Shown: positions 41,815-51,038 of the stretch, piece after piece
How the letters are laid out: every line of letters starts with the position of its first letter
Numbering within the stretch: the first letter of the stretch is position 1
Virus record (IMG/VR): IMGVR_UViG_3300043427_002668
Strand: one strand, 5' to 3'
Source: a virus
Lineage: Duplodnaviria > Caudoviricetes
Length of the DNA stretch: 64,000 bases
Notes under the pieces: generated by a model
What the model was told of the DNA's origin: nothing
Databases searched by the model: none
The model's input: only the letters and a program-made list of their open reading frames with translations
Made by a program: the position numbers and the translations under genes

Positions 41815-43513
41815 AACTATTCGTTGGAAAAATTTTCTTTCTACAGGAAACCAATTTACGGAAGTTGACTTTACAAAAAATTCAACGAATCTTATTATTG
41901 GATCAAATGGTGCTGGAAAGAGTACAATTCTTGATACATTGACTTTTTCTTTGTTTGGGAAACCATTCCGTAAAATTAATAAACCGCAACTTATCAACTC
42001 TACAAATGATAGAGATTGTAGAGTTGAAGTTGAGTTTGATATTGGAAATATTTCTTGGAAGGTAGTGCGGGGTATTAAACCTAATATCTTTGAGATTTAT
42101 CGTGATGATTCTCTCTTAGATCAATCTTCTGCTGCTTTGGATCAGCAGAAATGGTTGGAGCAAAATGTTCTTAAAATGAACTATAAGTCTTTTACTCAGA
42201 TTGTGATTCTGGGTTCCAGTACTTTTGTTCCTTTTATGCAACTTCCTGCAGCTCATCGTCGTGAGGTGATTGAAGATTTGCTTGATATCAAGATCTTTTC
42301 TTCAATGAATAATGTAATTAAAGAAAAGATTCGTGCAGTTAAGGAAGAAATCAAAACTCTTGAACTGAAGAAAGAATCTCTTAATGATAAAGTTAAGATG
42401 CAAAAAGAGTTTATTGAAGAACTTGAAAATCGCGGAAAAGATAATATCAATAACAATAATCGGAAAATTTCTGATCTAATGTCTGAAATTGAACTTCATA
42501 TGACGGAAAATTCAGTTACCGAAGAAAAGGTATTTGAGTTTACTAAAGAGCAGGAGTATGTGACTGGTGCTTCCGATAAACTTCGTAAGTTAGGAAATCT
42601 CAAAGGAAAGATCTCTCAGAAAGTATCTACGATTACTAAAGAGCATAAGTTTTTCACTGAAAATACGGTTTGTCCTACTTGTACTCAAGAGATTGACGAG
42701 ACCTTTAGAATAAATAGAATTACAGACGCTCAAAATAAAGCAAAAGAGTTGCAATCTGGTTATAAAGAACTGGAGGAGGCAATTAAAGAAGAAGAAGAGC
42801 GAGAGCGTCAATTCCTTGCTCTCTCTAAGGAGATTACAAAACTCACAAATGAAATTTCTCAAAATAATATTAAGATCAATGGATGTCAACGACAAATCCG
42901 AGATCTTGAATCGGAAGTTCAAACTATTACCACTCAACTTGAAAACCGAAATACTGAACATGAGAAGTTAGAAAATTTCAGAAACAATCTCCAAACCACA
43001 TACGAAGAACTAGCCTCTAAAAAGGACTCAGTTAACTACTACGATTTCACTTATAGTTTGCTTAAGGACGGAGGAGTAAAAACTAAAATCATCAAGAAGT
43101 ATCTACCGCTGATAAATCAGCAAGTAAACCGTTATCTTCAGATGATGGATTTCTACATTAACTTTACTCTTGATGAGGAGTTTAACGAAACCGTCCAATC
43201 ACCTATTCACGAAGATTTCTCTTATGCATCTTTTAGTGAGGGTGAGAAAATGAGGATTGACCTTGCACTCCTTTTCACTTGGAGAGAAGTTGCAAGGTTT
43301 AAAAACTCAGTAAATACAAATCTCTTGATTATGGACGAGGTGTTTGATAGTTCACTTGATGGATTTGGTACAGAAGAGTTTCTCAAAATCATTCGTTATG
43401 TGATTAAGGATGCTAATATATTCGTCATTTCTCATAAGACTGGTTTAGAGGACAAATTTGAAAGCGTCATAAAGTTTGAGAAAGTCAAAGGTTTCTCGCG
43501 TATGGTGGTCTGA
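41801..43513 (+). CDS. gp46: Recombination ATPase gp46 (Rad50/SbcC-like)
   Basis: GSNGAGKS, CPTC zinc hook, FSEGE signature, LLIMDEVFD, ISH. Confidence 0.97.
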   Translation: MILFKTIRWKNFLSTGNQFTEVDFTKNSTNLIIGSNGAGKSTILDTLTFSLFGKPFRKINKPQLINSTNDRDCRVEVEFDIGNISWKVVRGIKPNIFEIYRDDSLLDQSSAALDQQKWLEQNVLKMNYKSFTQIVILGSSTFVPFMQLPAAHRREVIEDLLDIKIFSSMNNVIKEKIRAVKEEIKTLELKKESLNDKVKMQKEFIEELENRGKDNINNNNRKISDLMSEIELHMTENSVTEEKVFEFTKEQEYVTGASDKLRKLGNLKGKISQKVSTITKEHKFFTENTVCPTCTQEIDETFRINRITDAQNKAKELQSGYKELEEAIKEEEERERQFLALSKEITKLTNEISQNNIKINGCQRQIRDLESEVQTITTQLENRNTEHEKLENFRNNLQTTYEELASKKDSVNYYDFTYSLLKDGGVKTKIIKKYLPLINQQVNRYLQMMDFYINFTLDEEFNETVQSPIHEDFSYASFSEGEKMRIDLALLFTWREVARFKNSVNTNLLIMDEVFDSSLDGFGTEEFLKIIRYVIKDANIFVISHKTGLEDKFESVIKFEKVKGFSRMVV

Positions 43514-43527
43514 ACCACTCAAGAACA

Positions 43528-43749
43528 ATGCAAGTCCCAAACTGGAAGCACCATTCTAAAAAAGAACAAAAACGAAAACTTAAACCGCAAGCACTGAGGC
43601 AAGCAAAAGCACGACTAGCCCAGTTCAAAAAGCGTCATATGGGTCGCCCAAAAGGCGACCTTTCGTTTTATGATAGGTCCATACGAAACAAAACCGATGC
43701 CTGTTCGCCACGAAATCAAATCCCAACTTGCGAAACTTCTTGCGACTGA
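43528..43749 (+). CDS. Small basic hypothetical protein
   Basis: MQVPNWKHHSKKEQKRKLKPQALRQAK. The 3' part runs through a hairpin and overlaps the next gene, so the C-terminus is uncertain. Confidence 0.55.
   Translation: MQVPNWKHHSKKEQKRKLKPQALRQAKARLAQFKKRHMGRPKGDLSFYDRSIRNKTDACSPRNQIPTCETSCD
43642..43669 (+). terminator. Terminator-like hairpin
   Basis: GGTCGCC-CAAAA-GGCGACC followed by TTTCGTTTT. Confidence 0.65.
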
Positions 43750-45889
43750 AGACCTTGTGGTGGAGCATAAAAAGGTTGAGACTGCCTGCTTTAACGTCCA
43801 TACGCGGGTTCTGACGCTGCCTCTCTGGGAGAAGGCTAGCGGGACCGTCTACGACCTTCTGGTGGGTCACGAAGTGGGTCACGCACTCTTCACGCCTGAT
43901 GAGGACTGGACCGAGACTGCAAAGGTTCCCGCTCAGTTTGTGAATGTCGTAGAGGACGTTCGCGTTGAGAAACTGATGAAGCGTAAGTATGCTGGTCTTG
44001 CTAAGACTTTCTTTGGTGGATATAAGGAACTGAATGAGGAGGATTTCTTTCAACTTGAGGGTGAAGATGTCTCTACCTTTAATCTTGCTGATAAAGTAAA
44101 TCTTTACTATAAAGTCGGTAACTTCCTTTCTCTGGATTTCACTCCAGAAGAAAAGGAGATTGTTGACCTGATTGGTGCAACGGAAACGTTTGCAGATGTT
44201 CTGATTGCTTCTGAGGAACTTTATAAGTACTGTAAGAAAGAACAGCAACAACAGCAGAAAGTTGCTGACTTTGATAATCACGAAACTCAAAGTGCTTCTA
44301 CTTCTCCTAATGGTGAAGATGCTGAAATGGAGCAACCTCAGGACGAGCAAGAGGGTCAATCTAACGAATCAGAATCTACTCAATCTGAGGAGAATAGCGA
44401 TAATGAAGGACCCGCTCAAAGTCAACAAAATACTACTTCACCTTCTAACACTCAGGAAGAACCTGAAGTTCGTACTGCAGAATCTCTGGATGATAAACTT
44501 CGCAGTCTGGTAAATCAGCACGGTGAAGATAATGTGTATGTAGAACTGCCTCAAGTCAATCTTGAGACGATTATTGCGAAGAACTCTGAGGTTCATAAAG
44601 AACTTGATGACTGCTTTAATCATCAGCAGAGGAATATGGATGCTTTGAATGAAGCAAATAACGCACCTCTTTGGAGTCTTTATAAGAATGTAGACCTTGA
44701 GTTTCAGAAGTTCAAGAACTCCGCTCAGAAAGAAGTTAACTATCTTGTGAAGGAGTTTGAGTGCCGTAAAGCAGCAGATAGTTATTCCCGTGCTTCTACT
44801 GCTCGCACAGGTGTTCTAGATACTGCTCGTCTTCATTCTTATAAGTTTAGCGAAGACCTTTTCAAGAAAGTGACTGTTCTTCCTGATGGTAAGAATCACG
44901 GACTTATCTTCATTCTGGATTGGAGTGGTTCTATGCAGAATGTCCTTCTGGATACCTGTAAGCAACTCTTTAACCTGATTTGGTTCTGTAAGAAGGTTTC
45001 CATTCCTTTTGAGGTTTATGCTTTCACAAATGAATGGCGTCGTTATGAATATGACTATGAAACTGGTAAGTATATTTCTTCCGATAGAACTTCTCATTAT
45101 GAGAAGAAAGAAAGTGTGATTGCGATTGATGAAAGTTTCTCTCTGATGAACCTTCTTACTAGTAAAGTTTCTGGTAAGCAACTGGAAAATCAAATGAAGA
45201 ACATTTGGCGTCTTGCTGCGTATTTTAACAACACCTATCACTCTCCTTATACGTATCCCAATCGTTTGTGTCTTTCTGGAACTCCTCTGAATGAGGCTCT
45301 GATTTGCCTTAATCAGATTATTCCTCAGTTTCAATCTCAAAACAAACTTCAGAAGGTTCAGTGTATTGTTTTGACTGATGGTGAAGCACCTCCGCTTCCC
45401 CGTCACGTTGAAGTGAAGCGTGGTTGGGAAAGTGAGCCCTACCTTGGAACCCGTCATATCAATCCTGATAACTCTTTCCTGCGTGATAGGAAGACTGGTA
45501 TGAACTACAAGTTTGGATACGATTATCACGGATATACTGATACTCTTTTGAAGAACCTGAAGGACAAGTTTCCTTCTGTTAATCTGATTGGTATTCGTGT
45601 CCTTGAAAGTCGTGATGCAAATCGCTTCATTCAACTTTATCATTCTTGGAAGGATAAGAAGTATGATGTAATCCAGAGTGACTGGAAGAAGAATAGGAGT
45701 TTTATTATCACCAACTCTGGTTATGATGCATACTTTGGAATGTCTGCAGCAGCACTTTCTCAGGATGCTGACTTTGAGGTTGCTGAATGTGCTTCTAAAG
45801 CACAAATCAAATCTGCTTTTGTGAAGTCTCTGAAAACTAAAAAACTAAATAAAAAAGTTCTTGGTGAGTTCATTTCACTCGTCGCATAA
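43697..45889 (+). CDS. Zincin-like peptidase domain + acidic linker + vWA domain protein (CobT-like architecture)
   Basis: HEVGH (HExxH); Q/E/S-rich linker; MIDAS DWSGS, SGTPL, LTDGE. Start is the ATG at 43697. Confidence 0.85.
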   Translation: MPVRHEIKSQLAKLLATEDLVVEHKKVETACFNVHTRVLTLPLWEKASGTVYDLLVGHEVGHALFTPDEDWTETAKVPAQFVNVVEDVRVEKLMKRKYAGLAKTFFGGYKELNEEDFFQLEGEDVSTFNLADKVNLYYKVGNFLSLDFTPEEKEIVDLIGATETFADVLIASEELYKYCKKEQQQQQKVADFDNHETQSASTSPNGEDAEMEQPQDEQEGQSNESESTQSEENSDNEGPAQSQQNTTSPSNTQEEPEVRTAESLDDKLRSLVNQHGEDNVYVELPQVNLETIIAKNSEVHKELDDCFNHQQRNMDALNEANNAPLWSLYKNVDLEFQKFKNSAQKEVNYLVKEFECRKAADSYSRASTARTGVLDTARLHSYKFSEDLFKKVTVLPDGKNHGLIFILDWSGSMQNVLLDTCKQLFNLIWFCKKVSIPFEVYAFTNEWRRYEYDYETGKYISSDRTSHYEKKESVIAIDESFSLMNLLTSKVSGKQLENQMKNIWRLAAYFNNTYHSPYTYPNRLCLSGTPLNEALICLNQIIPQFQSQNKLQKVQCIVLTDGEAPPLPRHVEVKRGWESEPYLGTRHINPDNSFLRDRKTGMNYKFGYDYHGYTDTLLKNLKDKFPSVNLIGIRVLESRDANRFIQLYHSWKDKKYDVIQSDWKKNRSFIITNSGYDAYFGMSAAALSQDADFEVAECASKAQIKSAFVKSLKTKKLNKKVLGEFISLVA

Positions 45890-45892
45890 ATA
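45886..45892 (+). promoter_or_regulatory. Late promoter variant ATAAATA overlapping the upstream stop
   Basis: Lies 20 nt upstream of the MKTFQEFMCE ORF. Confidence 0.65.
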
Positions 45893-45912
45893 CCTAAAAA
45901 GTATCTGTAGAT

Positions 45913-46203
45913 ATGAAAACCTTTCAAGAGTTTATGTGCGAGTTATATCAACTTGATGAAAATGTTTCTAGTGGTCGCACTAAAGTAAGAAATGTGAAGC
46001 AAAGAGTAAGTTCTGCCGAAGTTATTACTAACACTCAAAGACAAAATAAAATCGCACAGCATTTTGCCGACCACGCTGCTAAAAAGAAAGCGGCAGGGGA
46101 CGAAGCTCATGCTGCAGCAACTAAATCTGGTAAAAGTCCTGCAGAGGCAGAAGCACATCGCCAGAGAGCACACAGAAATTATGAAAAACAAATGAGACGA
46201 TAA
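45913..46203 (+). CDS. Basic protein with a capsid-targeting-like leader
   Basis: MKTFQEFMCE start, near-identical to T4 MKTYQEFIAE; K/R/A-rich body. Confidence 0.8.
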   Translation: MKTFQEFMCELYQLDENVSSGRTKVRNVKQRVSSAEVITNTQRQNKIAQHFADHAAKKKAAGDEAHAAATKSGKSPAEAEAHRQRAHRNYEKQMRR

Positions 46204-46206
46204 ACG

Positions 46207-46392
46207 ATGAAAACAAAATTTCCCTACGAACACGTTATTAAATACGACACAAAAGAAGTGTGGGTTGCTTGTAGCAGCGTAACTACTGCTATTGGTATTC
46301 CTGCACTTGTTGAAAAATACTATCCTGGTTATAAAGGTCACATCGGCAGCAAGGAGTATCTGGAGACACTTCGGAACCAGTTGGTGAACTGA
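46207..46392 (+). CDS. Small hypothetical protein
   Basis: ATG three nt after the previous stop; plausible composition. Confidence 0.7.
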   Translation: MKTKFPYEHVIKYDTKEVWVACSSVTTAIGIPALVEKYYPGYKGHIGSKEYLETLRNQLVN

Positions 46393-46400
46393 CCACCAGG

Positions 46401-46421
46401 GGTCCCAGCGGACCTTTTTTT
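46401..46421 (+). terminator. Short terminator hairpin
   Basis: GGTCC-CAGC-GGACC followed by T7; a TATAAT box follows at 46426-46431. Confidence 0.6.
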
Positions 46422-46457
46422 GCCCTATAATGATTGAGTTGAAACAAAACACACATT

Positions 46458-47576
46458 ATGTCCCGCATTCAAATGACCGACGACCAGATCATCAGTGACC
46501 TCAAGAACACGTTTGGTGCAGAGTTTACCGCTGCTGATGTTCGCGGTTATTGTGCTTCTAAAAACCTTTCCTATCCCACCGTTACCAAGCGACTGGAAAA
46601 CTTTAAGATTGGTCGCGGTAAGTGGAATCTGGAAGTAACTCAAAAGAAAGTGGAAGAGATTGAGCGTACTTTTAATAGCGTTGCTGTTCTTCCTGAAGTT
46701 CATCAAAACCTTATTCCTGATAAAGATGATACCTTCGTCAAGTTTGGTAATTTTAACGACGTTAAAAAAATTATTCAGTCCCGTCTTTTCTATCCTACGT
46801 TCATTACGGGTCTTTCGGGTAATGGTAAAACGTTCTCTGTGGAACAAGCTTGCGCTCAACTCAAGCGTGAACTGATCCGCGTTAACATCACTATTGAGAC
46901 TGATGAGGACGATCTGATTGGTGGTTTCCGTCTTGTGAATGGTGAAACTGCCTGGCATAATGGTCCTGTGATTGAGGCACTTGAGCGTGGTGCAATTCTT
47001 CTGCTAGATGAGATTGACCTTGCTTCTAACAAAATCCTGTGCCTGCAATCCGTTCTGGAAGGTAAAGGTGTCTTCCTGAAAAAGATTGGTAAGTTCGTGA
47101 AACCCGCTCCTGGTTTCAACGTCATCGCCACCGCAAACACTAAGGGTAAGGGTTCTGATGATGGTCGTTTCATCGGCACTAATGTCCTCAATGAGGCATT
47201 CCTAGAGCGTTTCCCCGTGACCTTCGAGCAGTCCTATCCCGCTCCCTCCGTGGAGCAGAAGATCCTTGAGGGTATCGCTCTGGATCTGGGTGTGGAAGAC
47301 CGTGACTTCTGCAAGCGTCTGGTCGATTGGGGTGATATTATCCGCAAGACCTTCTATGATGGTGGTATTGAGGAAATCATTAGCACCCGTCGTCTGGTTC
47401 ATATCATCCGTGCTTACAGCATCTTCCAAGATAAAGGAAAAGCAATCCAAGTGTGCGTCAATCGTTTTGACGATGAGACTAAGCAAGCATTCCTTGAACT
47501 CTATGATAAGGTGGATGCTGATTTCGAGATGCCAGTTCAAACTGAACTGAACGTTGACGAACAGCAAGCAAACTGA
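46458..47576 (+). CDS. cobS: CobS-like / MoxR-family AAA+ ATPase
   Basis: GLSGNGKT (Walker A), LLLDEID (Walker B), ATANTKGKG, NEAFLERF, ISTRRL. Confidence 0.9.
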   Translation: MSRIQMTDDQIISDLKNTFGAEFTAADVRGYCASKNLSYPTVTKRLENFKIGRGKWNLEVTQKKVEEIERTFNSVAVLPEVHQNLIPDKDDTFVKFGNFNDVKKIIQSRLFYPTFITGLSGNGKTFSVEQACAQLKRELIRVNITIETDEDDLIGGFRLVNGETAWHNGPVIEALERGAILLLDEIDLASNKILCLQSVLEGKGVFLKKIGKFVKPAPGFNVIATANTKGKGSDDGRFIGTNVLNEAFLERFPVTFEQSYPAPSVEQKILEGIALDLGVEDRDFCKRLVDWGDIIRKTFYDGGIEEIISTRRLVHIIRAYSIFQDKGKAIQVCVNRFDDETKQAFLELYDKVDADFEMPVQTELNVDEQQAN

Positions 47577-47582
47577 TAGAAT
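47554..47582 (+). promoter_or_regulatory. Sigma70-type promoter in the last codons of cobS
   Basis: TTGACG-17 nt-TAGAAT with a TG extended -10. Confidence 0.75.
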
Positions 47583-47584
47583 AT

Positions 47585-47612
47585 GAGGAGGTAAAAAGTG
47601 CCTCCTCTTTTT
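47585..47612 (+). terminator. Terminator-like hairpin after cobS
   Basis: GAGGAGG...CCTCCTC followed by TTTTT. Confidence 0.6.
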
Positions 47613-47966
47613 ATGACTGAAACAACTTTTACTATTACTATGAGTGAAACAACAAATCATCTTTGGAAATATAACGAAGATAAAATCCTGAAAGACATTC
47701 AGGAGTATGTGACTAGTACTTATGGAAGTCATTATTGCGGTCACAATCAAGAATATCGGGACATTCAAACTATTGACCTGATGGCAGCAAAAGATCTTGC
47801 TCCTGGTTTCTGTCAGGCAAATATTTTAAAATATGGTTCTCGTTATGGTGATAAGGATGGACGCAATAAGCGTGATTTGCTGAAAGTCATTCACTATGCT
47901 ATGCTCCTTCTTCACTTTGACGGTCACTACTCTCGTCAAGATAATGGTCTCTCTGAATTTCGCTGA
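47613..47966 (+). CDS. DUF3310-like protein (putative nucleotide kinase family)
   Basis: HY...QTID...GFCQANILKYGSRYGDKDG..RDLLKVIHY pattern. The start may be 47640. Confidence 0.7.
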   Translation: MTETTFTITMSETTNHLWKYNEDKILKDIQEYVTSTYGSHYCGHNQEYRDIQTIDLMAAKDLAPGFCQANILKYGSRYGDKDGRNKRDLLKVIHYAMLLLHFDGHYSRQDNGLSEFR

Positions 47967-47971
47967 TTATT

Positions 47972-48637
47972 ATGAAACTTTCTGATAAAACTCTTTCGGT
48001 CCTGAAAAACTTCTCTGGTATCAATCAATCTATTCTCTTTAAGGAAGGAAACAAACTTCGCACAATCAGTGTGATGAAGAACATTCTTGCGGAAGCAACA
48101 ATTACTGAAGAGTTCCCTCGTGACTTTGGTATCTATGACCTTAACCAGTTTCTGAATGGTCTTGGTCTTCACAAAGCACCTGAACTGGACTTTGGAAATG
48201 ATGGTTATGTCGTCATTCGTGAAGGTAAAATGCGGTCTAAGTATTTCTTTGCCGACCCTAGTGTAATCGTTACTCCTCCAGACAAAGAAATCAATCTTCC
48301 TAGTGAAGATGTTTGTTTTGAACTCTCTACGGAGCAAATGGATAAACTTCTGAAAGCAGCAGCGGTTTATCAACTTCCTGATATTTCTGCTGTTGGTGAA
48401 GCAGGTGTTGTAAAACTGGTTGTTCGTGACAAGAAGAACGACACTTCCAACGATTTCTCTATCGTTGTTGGTGAGACTGATAGCGTCTTTACATTCAACT
48501 TCAAAGTAGAGAACATCAAGATTCTTCCTGGGACCTATGAGGTGGTTGTGTCACAAAAACTTTTGTCACGGTTTCAATCCAAGAACCACGACCTGTGCTA
48601 TTATATTGCTCTGGAACCTGATTCTACTTTCGGATGA
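47972..48637 (+). CDS. gp45: Sliding clamp gp45
   Basis: MKLSDKTLSVLKNFSGINQSI, FGIYDLNQFL, YYIALE. Confidence 0.95.
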   Translation: MKLSDKTLSVLKNFSGINQSILFKEGNKLRTISVMKNILAEATITEEFPRDFGIYDLNQFLNGLGLHKAPELDFGNDGYVVIREGKMRSKYFFADPSVIVTPPDKEINLPSEDVCFELSTEQMDKLLKAAAVYQLPDISAVGEAGVVKLVVRDKKNDTSNDFSIVVGETDSVFTFNFKVENIKILPGTYEVVVSQKLLSRFQSKNHDLCYYIALEPDSTFG

Positions 48638-49146
48638 ACATCTTTGTAACTTCCCCTTGGCCTGCTGAAAGTGCTATCTGCCTTCCCGATAAGCACGTTG
48701 TCAAGATGCCACTAGAGTGCTGTCAAATGCTGTCTATTGTAGCATCTGAAAAGTGGGGTCATGGGTATGGTTATCTTTATAAATCTGATGAGACACCTTA
48801 CAAAACTGAAAAGGGTGCTTTTCGCAATCATCCCTGCACCAAATGGGCCTTAGAAAGTATTCACAATGCCTATTGGTTGATTAAGCACGGGTTGAACTTG
48901 TGTGACGAGTACACTTTGCGTTATAATAAAGTTCATTCGTGCTACAAGACACTTGTAGATGCTTACTATCTTTTCCCCAAAGGTAAGATTACTGAAGTAA
49001 CTCCATTTGCCCGTGCGATGCCAGATGAATTTAAACTGGACACAACTATTGATACTTTTACTGCTTACAAGATGTACATTAGCAGCAAACCTTGGGTTGC
49101 ATCTAATTATCTTCGTATGCCAGAACGAAAACCTGATTGGATTTGA
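48634..49146 (+). CDS. Pyrimidine-dimer DNA glycosylase-like protein (DenV/Endo V superfamily)
   Basis: MNIFVT...DKHVVKMPLECCQMLS...NHPCTKW...PFARAMP pattern. Confidence 0.75.
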   Translation: MNIFVTSPWPAESAICLPDKHVVKMPLECCQMLSIVASEKWGHGYGYLYKSDETPYKTEKGAFRNHPCTKWALESIHNAYWLIKHGLNLCDEYTLRYNKVHSCYKTLVDAYYLFPKGKITEVTPFARAMPDEFKLDTTIDTFTAYKMYISSKPWVASNYLRMPERKPDWI

Positions 49147-49148
49147 TT

Positions 49149-49403
49149 ATGAAACTCACACGAATAATCTTTGATAAATGGAAAATCTGGATGACCCTTC
49201 CAGATAGAACCCTAATTTGGGCACTTAAAGATAAAGAAAGTTTGGGTTTTTATGATTGGTATATTATGGATTTTTGGTATTGTCTCAACCACGATTGGTA
49301 TAAGATGAATAACAAAATGTATGCCTATACTGGTTGTGAAGACCCTTATACTGAACCCAGAGATTTTATTGATTATGAAGAGTATTGGAGTGAAAATGAC
49401 TGA
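49149..49403 (+). CDS. Trp/Tyr-rich hypothetical protein
   Basis: Tightly packed ORF with an ATG just after the upstream stop. Confidence 0.55.
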   Translation: MKLTRIIFDKWKIWMTLPDRTLIWALKDKESLGFYDWYIMDFWYCLNHDWYKMNNKMYAYTGCEDPYTEPRDFIDYEEYWSEND

Positions 49404-49584
49404 ACTTACACAAGCACAAATCAAATTTTTGCAAGGGCAACTGAAATCTCAACTTGAGTTTGCATCTACACTCAAAGAACTCAATCAAAGTAATCCTGAG
49501 GTTCAAAAGAACATTGAAAAATTGGAAGCAAACATTCAACTTCTGCAAAATAAGTTAAAATTGGAGAAACTGGTGGATGAGTGA
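49396..49584 (+). CDS. Small coiled-coil hypothetical protein
   Basis: MTELTQAQIKFLQGQLKSQLEF...; starts at the ATG at 49396. Confidence 0.6.
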   Translation: MTELTQAQIKFLQGQLKSQLEFASTLKELNQSNPEVQKNIEKLEANIQLLQNKLKLEKLVDE

Positions 49585-49615
49585 TTATTCCAAACTACAT
49601 CAAATGTCGTTTGGT

Positions 49616-49623
49616 TATAAATA
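49616..49623 (+). promoter_or_regulatory. T4 late promoter TATAAATA
   Basis: Exact consensus 21 nt upstream of the HNH ORF. Confidence 0.8.
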
Positions 49624-49644
49624 ATAATAGTTATTACTCTTCTA

Positions 49645-50094
49645 ATGGAACTCAACGGAATTACCTACAAACAATCAAAAACTTATCCAGACATTTATGT
49701 AAGTGCTTGTGGTAAAATTCTAAATGTAAAACCTATTGGAAGAGTTGATAAAAGAGATGGTTATGTTGTAGTTCGTGAAAAACGACTTCATCAACTTGTG
49801 GTAGAATGTTGGGGGGAACCAAGACCAAAAGGTATAGATTGGTGTATAGACCATATTGATGAAAATAAAACCAACAACAAAGTTGAAAACTTGAGATGGT
49901 TGCCTCGTTCAGAAAACACAAGAAGGTCTCAAATTGGAAAATCAAATCCAAGAAAAGCAGTAGTTCAAATGGAACCTGACGTGAAAGGAGAAATTATGAA
50001 TCTTTCCAGTCAGGGATTGTCCCAAAGACAAGTTGCTGATATTATGGGAAAAAGTCAAAAAAGTATTTGGAATGTATTAAATGGAGTTTATTGA
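49645..50094 (+). mobile_element. Free-standing HNH homing endonuclease (NUMOD4-like/HNH/HTH)
   Basis: DHIDENKTNNKVENLRW...EN HNH core; C-terminal HTH LSQRQVADIMGKSQKSIWNVL. Confidence 0.85.
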
Positions 50095-51038
50095 TGAGTG
50101 ACAATTTTTTGTGGGTGGAAAAGTGGAGACCAAAAAAAGTAGAGGATTGTATTCTTCCAGAGGATACTAAAAAAACTTTTTTGGACTTTATTAATAAAGG
50201 TGAAATTCCCAATCTACTATTGTCTGGTCCTCCGGGCATTGGGAAAACAACTATTGCCAAGGCACTATGCGAACAATTAGGAGCAGATTACTATGTCATC
50301 AACGGATCCGACGAAGGGCGTTTCTTGGATACTGTCAGGAACCAAGCAAAGAACTTTGCTTCGACCGTATCTCTTCAAGGAAATGGTAGGCACAAAGTCA
50401 TCATTGTGGATGAGAGTGACAACACAACCTCAGATGTACAACTCCTACTACGGGCAAATATTGAGGCATTTTATAGCAACTGCCGATTCATCTTCACTTG
50501 CAATTACAAGAACAAGATCATTGAACCTCTTCATTCCCGATGTGCCGTCATTGACTTCACCATCAAAGGGAAGCAACGGGTTCAACTTGCAGGAAGTTTC
50601 TTCCAACGTCTCCAAACGATCCTGGATCAGGAAAAGATTGAGTACGATCAAAAAGTCCTTGCTGAACTTGTATCAAAGCACTTCCCAGACTTTCGTAGGG
50701 TCCTTAACGAGTGTCAGAGGTACGCTACGGGAGGAAAAATCGACTCGGGCATTCTTGCATCTTTCTCAGACATCTCTGTAAATGAACTCGTCAAGAACCT
50801 CAAGGAGAAGAACTTCCCAGAAGTCCGTAAGTGGGTGGTCTCTAACTTGGATAACGATGCTTCTCATCTACTTCGCAGGATTTATGACGCCTCTTATGAT
50901 TGCCTTTCACCCCAATCTATCCCTGCTGCCGTTCTTGTTATTGCTAAGTATCAATACCAATGTGCGTTCGTGGCTGATCAGGAAATTAACCTCCTAGCGG
51001 CACTAACTGAAATTATGTGTGAGTGTGAATTCAAATGA
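50094..51038 (+). CDS. gp44: Clamp loader large subunit gp44
   Basis: LWVEKWRPK, GPPGIGKTT, IVDESD, LHSRC, DQEINLLA. The ATG overlaps the HNH stop. Confidence 0.96.
   Translation: MSDNFLWVEKWRPKKVEDCILPEDTKKTFLDFINKGEIPNLLLSGPPGIGKTTIAKALCEQLGADYYVINGSDEGRFLDTVRNQAKNFASTVSLQGNGRHKVIIVDESDNTTSDVQLLLRANIEAFYSNCRFIFTCNYKNKIIEPLHSRCAVIDFTIKGKQRVQLAGSFFQRLQTILDQEKIEYDQKVLAELVSKHFPDFRRVLNECQRYATGGKIDSGILASFSDISVNELVKNLKEKNFPEVRKWVVSNLDNDASHLLRRIYDASYDCLSPQSIPAAVLVIAKYQYQCAFVADQEINLLAALTEIMCECEFK

Noticed and set aside
44816-45805. 329-aa minus-strand ORF
   Set aside because: Fully antisense to the peptidase-vWA gene with no motifs; a codon-bias shadow.
46458-47576. Cobalamin biosynthesis function for cobS
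   Set aside because: No cobN or other cob genes in the window; the motifs show only a MoxR-type AAA+ ATPase.
46425-47768. Minus-strand ORFs of 177, 111 and 188 aa
   Set aside because: Antisense shadows of cobS and the DUF3310-like gene; no recognisable motifs.
50094-50290. AT-rich 5' end of gp44 as a co-conversion tract of the HNH element
   Set aside because: The shift covers only about 120 nt and lies within local variation; it cannot be supported without related alleles.
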